Shown in pieces: positions 1 to 9,469 of a stretch of DNA of 64,000 nt (position 1 is the first letter of the stretch; the number at the start of each line of letters is the position of its first letter). The stretch comes from Desulfatiglandales bacterium (GTDB lineage: Bacteria; Desulfobacterota; DSM-4660; Desulfatiglandales; Desulfatiglandaceae): contig OY759599.1 in the NCBI GenBank assembly GCA_963662465.1, forward strand, positions 6,432,001 to 6,496,000, read 5' to 3'. A program made the translations under genes and the position numbers. Under the pieces are notes generated by a model. The model saw nothing but the letters and a program-made list of their open reading frames with translations. It ran no database searches and had not been told where the DNA came from.

Positions 1-236
1 TTGTGCAGCGATATGTATCCTGAAACTTTTGAATTTCCGTCAGCTGAACCGACATTCGCGGGATTGCACCAAATAGTCGTGGCAAGCACGGCAGAAGTCC
101 CATTTACAGCAAAAATGGAAAATGACAATGCCAACGAAAACAAAACCATTTTAAATGAGGCAAGAAAATCCCGCTTATTTTTTCGTAACCTAGAGAGAAA
201 CCTTTGGATTTTAAAAAAAATTGGCAAAATGATCAT
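1..236 (-). CDS. 5' part of a secreted protein (signal peptide), running off the window edge
   Basis: Manual minus-strand translation: MIILPIFFKIQRFLSRLRKNKRDFLASFKMVLFSLALSFSIFAVNGTSAVLA-TTIWCNPANVGSADGNSKVSGYISLH; basic + hydrophobic + AVLA cleavage pattern; alternative start at 149; same strand as the locus. Confidence 0.6.
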   Translation of the reverse strand, partial: MIILPIFFKIQRFLSRLRKNKRDFLASFKMVLFSLALSFSIFAVNGTSAVLATTIWCNPANVGSADGNSKVSGYISLH

Positions 237-330
237 TTCGTAATAAAAACGGCCAGTGAATTTCATTTTTCTGTCCAATCTTAAGCCTTTTATTTCTCTA
301 CCATATGAATTTTTTTTAGGGAATATCCCA
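201..330. repeat. Degenerate ~130-bp upstream module, copy A
   Basis: Blocks CCTTTGnATTTTA, AAAATGnTCnTTT, CAGTGAATTTCA, TCCAA, AGCCT and GAATATC occur in the same order at 1704-1847. Confidence 0.6.
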
Positions 331-350
331 TGGGCTTATGCAACCTGCAT

Positions 351-1670
351 CTATAGCATATTGGGATCAGAATCCATAAGGTTTGAAAAAACCATTGCCA
401 ATTTCCTTGTCAGAGACTTTCTTTCGTATTGTGAAATATCAATATCCTGCCTATTTCTGATTGTTCCTTTATTTGTAACAAGCTTTAAAATCTGATTCGA
501 AATGTTTTCTACCTCTTTTGGATGAGCGATAGTGGCATTGCTGTATTCCCTTTTTAACAATCCGGAAGTCTCTCCCTCTGGAACAATGGCAAAGATGTGT
601 TTTCCGGTTGCCATATACTCAAATGTCTTGCCCGGTATGATCTGATCCGATCCGGGTAGATCACTTAACGTCAACAAAAGAATATCCCCTGAATTCATGG
701 CCTTTATGGCATGGCTATGGGTTACATAGCCCTCAAAATTGAAAATATTTTCAACGCCCTGCTCTATCAGATGTTCCATTTCCTGTTCCACCACGCGCCC
801 AAAAACTTGGACCGACATCTTAATTCCCAAATTCGGATCCTTCTTAAGAATAATCTTAACAGCATCAATAAAGGGGCGTAGAGATGTGGCCTGCCATACA
901 GTTCCACAGTAAACGAAGGTGACTTTTGAATTACCTCTGTCATCATTCTCCCTTTCTGTCAAAAAATATTTAAAATCATCACGGTCATAGCCGTTGGTAA
1001 TGACGTGTGCCTTATTTCTATCAACTGACGGGTTCCTATCAATTATACTCCTAACATAGCTTTCCGTTGCGGCCGTAAATGCCCAGCAGTTTGAAACCAC
1101 ATAACGCTCCAAAACCCTGTCAGCTTTGATGGCAAATTCTGACTTACTTGCATTCTCCAGAAATAATCGCGAAAACTGCCAATCATCCCTGAAATCGGCA
1201 ACCACGGGTAGACCAAGTATTTTTCCCAGCAAAACGACGGCAACTAACGTTGAAAAAGGTGGAGCAGTTACAAACAGACAACTTATCCTCTCAAGACGAA
1301 CAATTCTTATGAGAGATGTGAAAAGTCCCGGCCACCATAATATTTGTGAGTCTGGTACCATTAGCATTTGTTGAATATTCCTGAGTGCCTTTTTAATCCA
1401 CAGATTGGTCTGGAAAGGACTTTCCTTCCGGAAAAAGTCTCCTTTAAATTTGTATGATGGCTCAAAGGTTCTTGCGCTGTATATCCTGGAATTAGCCGCT
1501 AGGTCTCTCATTTGGCTAAAATCAAAAACAGGAACCGACGGATTTTTGACCGTCAACAAAACCGGATCCCATCCAAATTCTCTCAGATATTTTGAAAACT
1601 TGGTTACCCGCTGAACACCTGCACCCCCGACAGGAGGAAAGGCGTATGCAACGACTAAAACCTTTTTCAT
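351..1670 (-). CDS. GT4-family glycosyltransferase
   Basis: MKKVLVVAYAFPPVGGAGVQR N-terminus; D(F)RDDW; IPGKTFEYMATGK; start 1670 follows GGAGG. Confidence 0.9.
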   Translation of the reverse strand: MKKVLVVAYAFPPVGGAGVQRVTKFSKYLREFGWDPVLLTVKNPSVPVFDFSQMRDLAANSRIYSARTFEPSYKFKGDFFRKESPFQTNLWIKKALRNIQQMLMVPDSQILWWPGLFTSLIRIVRLERISCLFVTAPPFSTLVAVVLLGKILGLPVVADFRDDWQFSRLFLENASKSEFAIKADRVLERYVVSNCWAFTAATESYVRSIIDRNPSVDRNKAHVITNGYDRDDFKYFLTERENDDRGNSKVTFVYCGTVWQATSLRPFIDAVKIILKKDPNLGIKMSVQVFGRVVEQEMEHLIEQGVENIFNFEGYVTHSHAIKAMNSGDILLLTLSDLPGSDQIIPGKTFEYMATGKHIFAIVPEGETSGLLKREYSNATIAHPKEVENISNQILKLVTNKGTIRNRQDIDISQYERKSLTRKLAMVFSNLMDSDPNML

Positions 1671-1703
1671 TTCAGGAAGCCTCCAGATCCTTCCAGATCG
1701 AGA

Positions 1704-1847
1704 CCTTTGAATTTTAGGAAAAAAAAAGAAAATGGTCCTTTTCCAAAAAAAATATGACAAAAATTGTCAGTGAATTTCAATGTTCCATCCAAGAACCAGC
1801 CTCTGTTTTCGGTCCAGTATAGCATATTTTTCCTAAGAATATCGCCC
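1704..1847. repeat. Degenerate ~140-bp upstream module, copy B
   Basis: Colinear similarity to 201-330; contains the palindrome TGACAAAAATTGTCA at 1755-1769. Confidence 0.6.
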
Positions 1848-1864
1848 TCCAAGAGTTTCAGCCG

Positions 1865-2183
1865 GAAAGGCTTGTCAAGGCCCAGTCTTGAAAATTTCTT
1901 AAAATGATATCCATTCTCTAATTTGATTCTCAAGTTCAGGGTCTGAGGGAATTTGAAACCACTTCTGGAACAGCATGCGCTTCATCAACAGCAACGGGGG
2001 GAAATCATCCGCGCCTTCTTTGCTTTTTCCAACATCGTAGTGTTCCAACAATATTTCCTTGATGTTCGCCCATTCCACAAAATCGTTAATTTTCTCCATC
2101 ATTTTGAGGCTGTGGTCATGTTCCAGAGACTTTGAAATGGCCAAATCGGTGAAGCTCAAATTTACTACTATTTGTTTGTACCC
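1865..2183 (-). pseudogene. IS5-family transposase N-terminal remnant
   Basis: GYKQ..NLSFTDLA..INDFVEW..GADDFPPLLLMK..QKWFQIPSDPELENQI..ISF, then KKF..LDKP in another frame; no ATG start, no DDE domain. Confidence 0.75.
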
Positions 2184-3376
2184 CGGTGATCCACACTTTT
2201 TCTTAAGACTTTTTGGAATGTACGCATGTATAATGATGCGCACTGCTCCCAAGTAAATCCGAGTACGGATTCCCTGATCGTTTTCCTATCCCAAGATCGG
2301 TTAAGGCAAACAAGGATTTGTCGACGAAGGTTTTCCGGGTCGCCCGCCTGGGCTATGCGCCCATTGCCTTCGTTGATGATCTCCGGGACTGATCCTACGC
2401 CTGACGCAACCGCCGGAGTACCGCATGCAAGGGCCTCCATGAGGGCGTTTGGCCGGCCTTCCCGGATGCTGGGCAGACAGAACAGATCTGCTGCGTTCAT
2501 CCAGATGGGGATCTCATGGTGGGGTCTTCTTCCAAAAAAGGTTATTTGTCGGGTAAGGCCCAAGCTTTGAGCTTGTGAGAAAAGGGCCTGTTTTAAAGGT
2601 CCATCTCCCACCATGAGGAGGTGTGGCAGAGCCTTTAAAGCATCAGCCATTTTATTCAGCGCTTCCAACAGGTAACAGGTTCCTTTTACTTCATCTAAAC
2701 TTCCCACTGTTAAAAGAAATGGGCCGTTTCCATGGATGCCAAGCTCCTGGCGGGCTGCGCTCCTGTCCATAATATGAAAACGGTGGAGGTCTATGCCGTT
2801 TGGGATCAAGAAGACTTTTTCATCTGGAACCTGCAGATCAAGGACTTTTTCTTTGAGGCTGTTACCCTTGACCGTAACGGCGTCTGCCATGCGCAATGCC
2901 CCCTTTATTTGGCTTTTTCGGAAAGTCAAGGTTGGATAGTAGTTGATGTCGCATCCGAGAGCCGTAAGGATGATCGGTTTTCCGAGCTTTCTGGCCACCC
3001 ATCCGGCAGCCACGCCGTCCGGAAATATCCAGTGGGCACTAATGAGATCGATTTGGTTTTGCCGGTCCAATCGTTTAACGAGTCTTAAAAGCGGCCCAAA
3101 CATGAACACAGGATGCATGAACCCCAGTACTCTGGGGATAACCACATACCGGGGATGGTAAACCCTCAATCCGCTGATTTCCTCCCTAACGGGAACCTGA
3201 GCGTGGGCATACTTTCCCTTATTCTTCTTTCTTAATATGGGCGGAACCCATGGAAGGGGTGCCACCACATCAACCCGGCATAGGGCTCTCAATGCCATGG
3301 CAATTCGGTAGGTAAAAACACCCCGCTCCTTTTCAGCGGAATTGGGAAAGATATTGCTTACCAGAAGGATTTTCAT
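2168..3376 (-). CDS. GT4-family glycosyltransferase (TuaC-like)
   Basis: MKILLVSNIFPN; AHWIFPDG; EGRPNALMEALACG (EX7E motif). Confidence 0.9.
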   Translation of the reverse strand: MKILLVSNIFPNSAEKERGVFTYRIAMALRALCRVDVVAPLPWVPPILRKKNKGKYAHAQVPVREEISGLRVYHPRYVVIPRVLGFMHPVFMFGPLLRLVKRLDRQNQIDLISAHWIFPDGVAAGWVARKLGKPIILTALGCDINYYPTLTFRKSQIKGALRMADAVTVKGNSLKEKVLDLQVPDEKVFLIPNGIDLHRFHIMDRSAARQELGIHGNGPFLLTVGSLDEVKGTCYLLEALNKMADALKALPHLLMVGDGPLKQALFSQAQSLGLTRQITFFGRRPHHEIPIWMNAADLFCLPSIREGRPNALMEALACGTPAVASGVGSVPEIINEGNGRIAQAGDPENLRRQILVCLNRSWDRKTIRESVLGFTWEQCASLYMRTFQKVLRKSVDHRGTNK

Positions 3377-3381
3377 GGGTA

Positions 3382-4500
3382 TTAGCTCGGCGTTTGTTCT
3401 TTCAGGGTTGATGCAACGATTTCAGGATCAAAGATCAGGCCCGTGGTCAGGTTGCATCCGTGGATGCAACAACAGCGGCTGATCAATTTTCGCATTTTGT
3501 CCGCTTCTTCAGATTCCCAAATCTTTCTGAAATCGTAATCATTTTTTCGAATATTGGTATAGGTTTTTGACAATTCGCAGAATACCACATCTCCGTTTGC
3601 ATAAAGGACTGACTCCATGGCGTTGGCATAACACAATATTTCACAGCGACCCTCTTCAAGCATTCTGATTGATAGTTCCCATATCTTCTGCTGTCTGGAA
3701 GGCCAGAATTGAAAAGTGTTTTTATCGCTCTTGTCTTTCAGCCAAGCGTAGGTCTTTCTGATTTCTTCCAGTGAAAGAAACGTGCTTCCTTCATCTTTGG
3801 GATCAAAGTCGCTGGAAGCATTTTTCGGTAAATTAAAAACCCCAAAACGACCCCCTCTGACAATATTTTGAATCGCAGAGGGATGTTCAGGGGTAAAAGA
3901 TATCCTATAAATTCCTTAAGCTCTGAGATATTTTGCTTTTGAACGGACAAAGCTGTTCTCAGATAAAAATCCGGGTAGTCCTTCCTGATTTTTTCAAGAG
4001 CCTTCAGAGTTGACATGACTTTCTCAAAGGAACCCTTGGCCCCCCTTATGGCATCATGGGTTTCTTCCAAACCGTCAAGGGAAACCTAAACGCTGAGGTT
4101 TGACAATAAACCTTCATCAAGAATAGAACGAACTGTTTCAACAGTAGATGCTTCAAACGTTCCGTTGGTTGCGATGCCGACTTCCCGTGTACCGCAACCC
4201 TCATGAAAAGCCCAAATGATTTCCTTAAGGTCCCTTCGCAGAAATGGTTTTCCACCCGCCAAAGACAGGGACACTGGATGCTCAAACGAGCGTGCAATCT
4301 TCCTGATTTTACCAATTGACAGCTCCTTTTCGGAAGCTGCATTAAGTTCCCTACAGTAGAAGCAATGTCTGTAGCGCAGGTTGCATCGGGATGTGACGAA
4401 AAAAATCAAAGCGACCGGTGTTTGTAGATGTTGAACCCATTTTTTTTGCGATTGCAATAGGCTCTTGCCAGGGGCAGTTGAAGATGTGGAAGTTTCGAAA
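3382..4500 (-). pseudogene. Radical SAM/SPASM-like protein, disrupted
   Basis: IFFVTSRCNLRYRHCFY (middle Cys of CxxxCxxC is Tyr); GGKPFLR; TNG; in-frame TAG at 4086-4088 before VSLDG; frameshift near 3865; C-terminal GDVVFCE..CCCIHGC. Confidence 0.85.
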
Positions 4501-4517
4501 ATAGTTTTTCTTGTCGA

Positions 4518-4619
4518 TTATTTCTGCCTTCCGACTAAGGTGGCAGACATTTTGGCAATCCCCGACGTTTCAACACCACTATTGCGTTTAAAGCTCAAAA
4601 TGCCACAAATTCCACACAT
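4518..4619 (-). pseudogene. asnB: Asparagine synthase (glutamine-hydrolysing)/amidotransferase N-terminal stub, 33 aa
   Basis: Manual translation MCGICGILSFKRNSGVETSGIAKMSATLVGRQK*; ends where HRGPD would be expected; absent from the ORF track. Confidence 0.75.
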
Positions 4620-4822
4620 CACTTACACCCAGTATATCCGAATTAAGGGGAGGTCTTAAAGGTTGTCTTTCACAAATGTCGCTGGCCTTCATTGTCACCC
4701 TGAAATTCAGGGGCGTATTTTTCATCCTTTACTCTATGTCCGTTTATCCCCACTTACGGTACGTCCTTCAGATCCCAAACGTTGTTCATAGACAATTTCC
4801 GGTCAAAATGAAGGTAGTTGAA

Positions 4823-5854
4823 TCATGAATTTTGAAATTCTGCAAAATCGCCATCAGAGTCACCTGCCATAATGAACCAGTTACTCTCAGGCTTGCGATC
4901 ATTTTCTATATTAGAGTATATATAAAACCGAGGTCGGTGCTTATATTTAATGAAGCCCAGAATTTCTAAAGATTTTTTGAGCTCGATATCAGTACAAATA
5001 CATGATAGCAATCTAGAATGAGAACATTCCTTTTTAAATGTCTTTACGATTAAATATTTGATTTGCCGCAAACCTTTTGCCGGGCCAACATAATCAACTA
5101 ATCTTGACTTATCTTTATTTTTTATGAAAACGCCTAGTCCAACTAACTCGTTACCTCTTTCTACAATTATAAGTTGGTATTTCGCTAAAGGACAATTTCC
5201 GTACTTCCATTTTATGTATAAATAGTTTCTTATGACTATATTCGAATATCCACTTTGAACTTTTTCCCATAAATGATCAATTTGTTTTGGCGAATCTGAT
5301 GCATCTATAATTCTTACATTTAAGTCGCACCTTTTGAGTCTAAACGAAATATTTTTAAATATTTTCATATACTGAAAAAATTTTTTAATAACGTTTTTCA
5401 AACTATATAATTTAAGAACATAGAAATATTCTTCAATTTCTTTATTAACTTTATAACCATTTTTTATCCTAATGTGCGACTGAATGTCACTAATACCAAA
5501 TGCCATAACAATCGGACGCATAATTTTGACTTCATTGACCATCTTTCCGCCATAGCCTTTACCTCTATATATTGGATCTATTATCGCATCAACACTCCAA
5601 TAAGCTTCAACAATATTACCCATATAATTTAACTGAACCGGCATCAATCCAGTGAAACCAACAAGTATTCCCTCTTCAAATACTACGATATTATTTCCTG
5701 ATTTATTAGAAAAAGGATTTTCAATGTACTGCCAATTCCATATCTTATGCCTTTTCTTAAAATAATCAGAATCCTTTCCCTGGGACAATAAGTCTATCAC
5801 AGTATTTTTATATTTTTCTTTATATTCAGCAATATACATAATATTAACGCCCAT
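4823..5854 (-). CDS. GNAT-family acyltransferase
   Basis: IDPIYRGKGYG acetyl-CoA motif; WQYIENP; very AT-rich; start uncertain (5839-5899). Confidence 0.8.
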   Translation of the reverse strand: MGVNIMYIAEYKEKYKNTVIDLLSQGKDSDYFKKRHKIWNWQYIENPFSNKSGNNIVVFEEGILVGFTGLMPVQLNYMGNIVEAYWSVDAIIDPIYRGKGYGGKMVNEVKIMRPIVMAFGISDIQSHIRIKNGYKVNKEIEEYFYVLKLYSLKNVIKKFFQYMKIFKNISFRLKRCDLNVRIIDASDSPKQIDHLWEKVQSGYSNIVIRNYLYIKWKYGNCPLAKYQLIIVERGNELVGLGVFIKNKDKSRLVDYVGPAKGLRQIKYLIVKTFKKECSHSRLLSCICTDIELKKSLEILGFIKYKHRPRFYIYSNIENDRKPESNWFIMAGDSDGDFAEFQNS

Positions 5855-5888
5855 TTTACAAAATTTTACATATATTTCTTCGCACAAC

Positions 5889-6911
5889 TCAACCGCCAAA
5901 TTTCACAAATAGCTGTGGAAGAAGAAGATTTGCTTGGAACAAAGTATAATCAACATCTGTCTCCACATGAATTCTTGGTATATTAAACAGATTATTCTCA
6001 TCAAATTTTTTCACATTATGTTCGTAAGAGATTCCAAATTGATATCCGCAATTCTTGGCACAGTTCATGACCCTATGGTCATAGCTTCCAAAAGGATAGG
6101 CTATACTTTTAATTTCTTTACCTAACTGCTGTTCGATGAAATTTTTTGATTCCAGAAGTTCATACATCATTTCGCTTTTTGTTAAATTTGACAAAAAGGG
6201 GTGGCTTACAGTATGCGAGCCGAATTCTATTCCCCCGTCACTCATTTCCAAGATTTGATCCCAGGAAAGGGGCCGGGCTAACGCAATATGCTCAGATGGT
6301 ATGCTTACATTACATTGTTTTTCCAAATAACTATACAACTTGACTCGCTCCTTTTCGGAAACGGACCGAAATATCAGCATTACCGACTCTCTTATCATTT
6401 CCCTGTTTTTGTTTCCTGTTTCAAAGACATATTTTCCAAAATTTATCGAACCCCCTGAAAACCTTTTTATTATGTAAGACAATTTATCAAACCAAAAAAG
6501 ATTTGAAGACTCGACGAAAGATGTGGCCAAGAAAATTGTTGCAGTCAGTCCATACTTTTTCAAAATTTCCCAAGCTATTTCATAGTTATCGGCATAACCA
6601 TCGTCGAAAGTAATAATAAGTGAATTTTTTGGAAGTGGCTTCCCGGATGATATAGCATTAGATAATCTCTCAAAATTGATTACACTAAAATTTTTGCTTA
6701 CGAACTTCATTTGTTTATCGAATTCTTCTGGAGTAGCACTTATCGTTCCTTCCGAAAAAGGATAATCCTTTCCAGGCAATGGAAATATTCTGTGATAGGC
6801 TAATATATAAAGAAGGTTAGGCCTTATTGATATGAAAAACGGGGAAGAAATACATCTCAGATATTTAGACAATATTTCAGCTAATAGTACTTTTTTGCTA
6901 ACCTTTTTCAT
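5889..6911 (-). CDS. Polysaccharide deacetylase (CE4/NodB)
   Basis: LAYHRI, ITFDDGYADN, GSHTVSHP, AYPFG. Confidence 0.92.
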   Translation of the reverse strand: MKKVSKKVLLAEILSKYLRCISSPFFISIRPNLLYILAYHRIFPLPGKDYPFSEGTISATPEEFDKQMKFVSKNFSVINFERLSNAISSGKPLPKNSLIITFDDGYADNYEIAWEILKKYGLTATIFLATSFVESSNLFWFDKLSYIIKRFSGGSINFGKYVFETGNKNREMIRESVMLIFRSVSEKERVKLYSYLEKQCNVSIPSEHIALARPLSWDQILEMSDGGIEFGSHTVSHPFLSNLTKSEMMYELLESKNFIEQQLGKEIKSIAYPFGSYDHRVMNCAKNCGYQFGISYEHNVKKFDENNLFNIPRIHVETDVDYTLFQANLLLPQLFVKFGG

Positions 6912-7120
6912 CTAAACTTATATGTCCTCCAAAAAGATCTATTTTCATTTTTACCTTGCCGCATAACCCATTGGACGGAACAGCTTCGTTGAAACACTCT
7001 CGGCACTTTTCACCCATTCTACCTTTTCTTAATAGGGGCGATCAGGGATGGATCGGCGGCGGCGTTTTTTCAAACCAAAAAATGCTACAAAATTCACACA
7101 TAGGTTATACTCATTTGCAC

Positions 7121-8047
7121 TCAGGCATTAGAAAGACGTCGCAGGATAGACCGTCCAAAGCTTATCAGGGGCCTGGGGAGGAGGGTCAAGAGGAAATAGG
7201 CTATGATGCGGGAGTCCCATATACTCAACTTCAGAAGATGACAAGCGGTTCGATTGCAGGCGGCAAAAAATCCAGAGTGAAAGTAGTTCATCATCATAGC
7301 CTTGCCTCTGTTCCGGTAGGCCCCGGCCATGACCGGATAGATTTTTGGGTCTGTCTCGGGAAACAACCGGACAATCCGATCCAGACAGGACAGCGTGCCT
7401 ATAGCAACATCCACCCGGTTCTTTAGATTGCAGTCATGTATCCTTCGCCTCACCAATACGTCTGGGACCCCGATGATTTTATGGTTCCGTGCAATCCTGA
7501 GATACAAGTGAGTGTCTTCGGCCGTTGTCAGGCCTTCGTCAAACCCTCCCAGTTCTTTCAGCACCTGATTCCTGACGACCACGCTGGAAAGGAGAAACAG
7601 GGGAGCCGTCAGCAAAAGGTCAAACAGCATTCCGGAATGTATTTCCCTTGGATAAATACGCAGTTCCTTCCCTGTGCGGTCACGGAAATCCACGCTTCTC
7701 GAATAGACCAGGCTGGCTTCCGGATCCTGCTGGAATGCTCTGAGTTGCTTTTCCAACTTGGCGGGAAGCCATATGTCATCAGCGTCCAGAAATGCTATGT
7801 ATGCCCCCTTCGCCTTTGCGATGCCTCTGTTGCGGGCTCTGGAAGGACCTGATTGCACTTGCCTGATATACACTGTGCGATCGGTATAGTCCGCCATTAC
7901 AGCTGCCGTGTTGTCAGTGGACCCGTCGTCTATGACAAGAACTTCAAGGCAGGTATGGGTTTGAGCGAAAACGCTTTCCAGGGCTTCCGACAGGTATGGG
8001 GCGGAATTGTACGTGGGGATGATAACGGAGATCAGCGGGGCAGTCAT
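7121..8047 (-). CDS. GT2-family glycosyltransferase
   Basis: ISVIIPTYN, DDGSTD, AFLDADD, AED. Confidence 0.92.
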   Translation of the reverse strand: MTAPLISVIIPTYNSAPYLSEALESVFAQTHTCLEVLVIDDGSTDNTAAVMADYTDRTVYIRQVQSGPSRARNRGIAKAKGAYIAFLDADDIWLPAKLEKQLRAFQQDPEASLVYSRSVDFRDRTGKELRIYPREIHSGMLFDLLLTAPLFLLSSVVVRNQVLKELGGFDEGLTTAEDTHLYLRIARNHKIIGVPDVLVRRRIHDCNLKNRVDVAIGTLSCLDRIVRLFPETDPKIYPVMAGAYRNRGKAMMMNYFHSGFFAACNRTACHLLKLSIWDSRIIAYFLLTLLPRPLISFGRSILRRLSNA

Positions 8048-8125
8048 ATGGTTTCAGGGGAGGGGTTTAGGCAAGTTCGGAAATGTTCTCTTGCTCTTTC
8101 AAATACTGGTTGGTATCCTCAGGCT

Positions 8126-9469
8126 TCAAAATCCACGGCATTTTTTTACGGCCCATTTAAAAAAATCTTTATGATCAGGTCGGCGAACCACGAGAAACCA
8201 CAATAGCTTCTGTATGAAAAACATGCATTTCATAAAAAACGTCGGCGGATATTTTATTAATCTTTGCGAAAGAAAGCGGTTATCTCCTATCCATCGTTGT
8301 AGATTCTCAAAGGTCAGGTAGATTTCATCATAAACGCTCTTGCTTTCGAATAATTTTTTGAGCCCATTATGATCTTTGCAGCCATTGAACAGGTTTGATT
8401 TGTTTAGCCTCTTTTTCCGAATGATATTGCTCGCGAAGTCCTTTTTCACTTCCATTGCGTTGACAGGCCATAGGCTCAATATGCCCTTTTCTCTCATTTT
8501 GTCAATAATCGCCTGAGCCTTACTCGTTCGAGTTATTATGAGGGACCTCCCGACAGTATCATTTTCAATGCTATCCAACCACGCATCTCCGAGTGAAATA
8601 TCTGATAGTTCGGCAAAGAAATCTTCACACATAAGGCAGTGTTTTAGTGCGAAATAGTTCGATCCCAAAAAATATTTCCAGCAATTTTTATACTCGATCT
8701 TGGAAGCACCCGAATCGGATGCTATTCTTACAAAGCCTGGCCAGCCTTGCCCTCTGTAGGCAATGCTTAAAACATGCGCGGGGTTATGGCCTAGCGCCCG
8801 GCACAGACAATTGGTAGCATTAGCGGAAGGTGTTTTTCCGCAAAAAAGTCCAATATAGGCGACAATCAGCTCATTTAGCTCTGAATTAGCAGCCGAAGCG
8901 AGACGGAGTCCATGCAAATGGCACGGTAGTCCCACAACCGCGACCTTTATCTTTTTCTCCAATATTTCCCTGATCTTAATATTTAGGGGAACAGGGTAGT
9001 ATCGTGATCCCTTAGCCTCAAAAGCATCAGAAGATGAATAAGCAAGAAAGGGAACCGGACGAATTGGATTGTTTGGATTGCCTTTTACCAGCAGTGCGGC
9101 ATCAATTGCGCCCGACTGGAGAAGGTAGGATATCAAAGTCGTTCCTACGCCACCGGAGGAGCCTTCATGCCGCGCTTTAACATCACTCGAGAATCCTTGA
9201 AATAAATCAATATAATGTCCAATCTCACTGTCTTTTGGAGGGTTTCCGAAAAGCTTTTCGGCAAAATCGCCTAAGTTCAAGCTGAGGGGTGGGCAGGTTC
9301 CAATACACATGTTACACCTAGTGCATTCTTTTCCACTGGTTATTCTGGGTCGATAGGAGCCTGCTTTGCTTTGAAACATCTCGACGACTTTGAAAGGGCA
9401 AATCCCAGCACACGTACCACATCCTGTACATTTATTAGGATCTTTGAGTACCTCAAATGCTCTACTCAT
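8126..9469 (-). CDS. Coenzyme F420 hydrogenase/dehydrogenase beta-subunit-like (FrhB-like) Fe-S protein
   Basis: Two ferredoxin motifs (CTGCGTCAGICP, CTRCNMCIGTCP); SSGG; VGLPCH; GLFC; DISLGDAW. Confidence 0.85.
   Translation of the reverse strand: MSRAFEVLKDPNKCTGCGTCAGICPFKVVEMFQSKAGSYRPRITSGKECTRCNMCIGTCPPLSLNLGDFAEKLFGNPPKDSEIGHYIDLFQGFSSDVKARHEGSSGGVGTTLISYLLQSGAIDAALLVKGNPNNPIRPVPFLAYSSSDAFEAKGSRYYPVPLNIKIREILEKKIKVAVVGLPCHLHGLRLASAANSELNELIVAYIGLFCGKTPSANATNCLCRALGHNPAHVLSIAYRGQGWPGFVRIASDSGASKIEYKNCWKYFLGSNYFALKHCLMCEDFFAELSDISLGDAWLDSIENDTVGRSLIITRTSKAQAIIDKMREKGILSLWPVNAMEVKKDFASNIIRKKRLNKSNLFNGCKDHNGLKKLFESKSVYDEIYLTFENLQRWIGDNRFLSQRLIKYPPTFFMKCMFFIQKLLWFLVVRRPDHKDFFKWAVKKCRGF

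Noticed and set aside
1..495. Plus-strand ORFs 1-243 and 256-495
   Set aside because: Shadows of minus-strand genes and the regulatory module
8126..9469. True F420 hydrogenase
   Set aside because: No alpha/gamma subunits or maturation genes; polysaccharide-locus context
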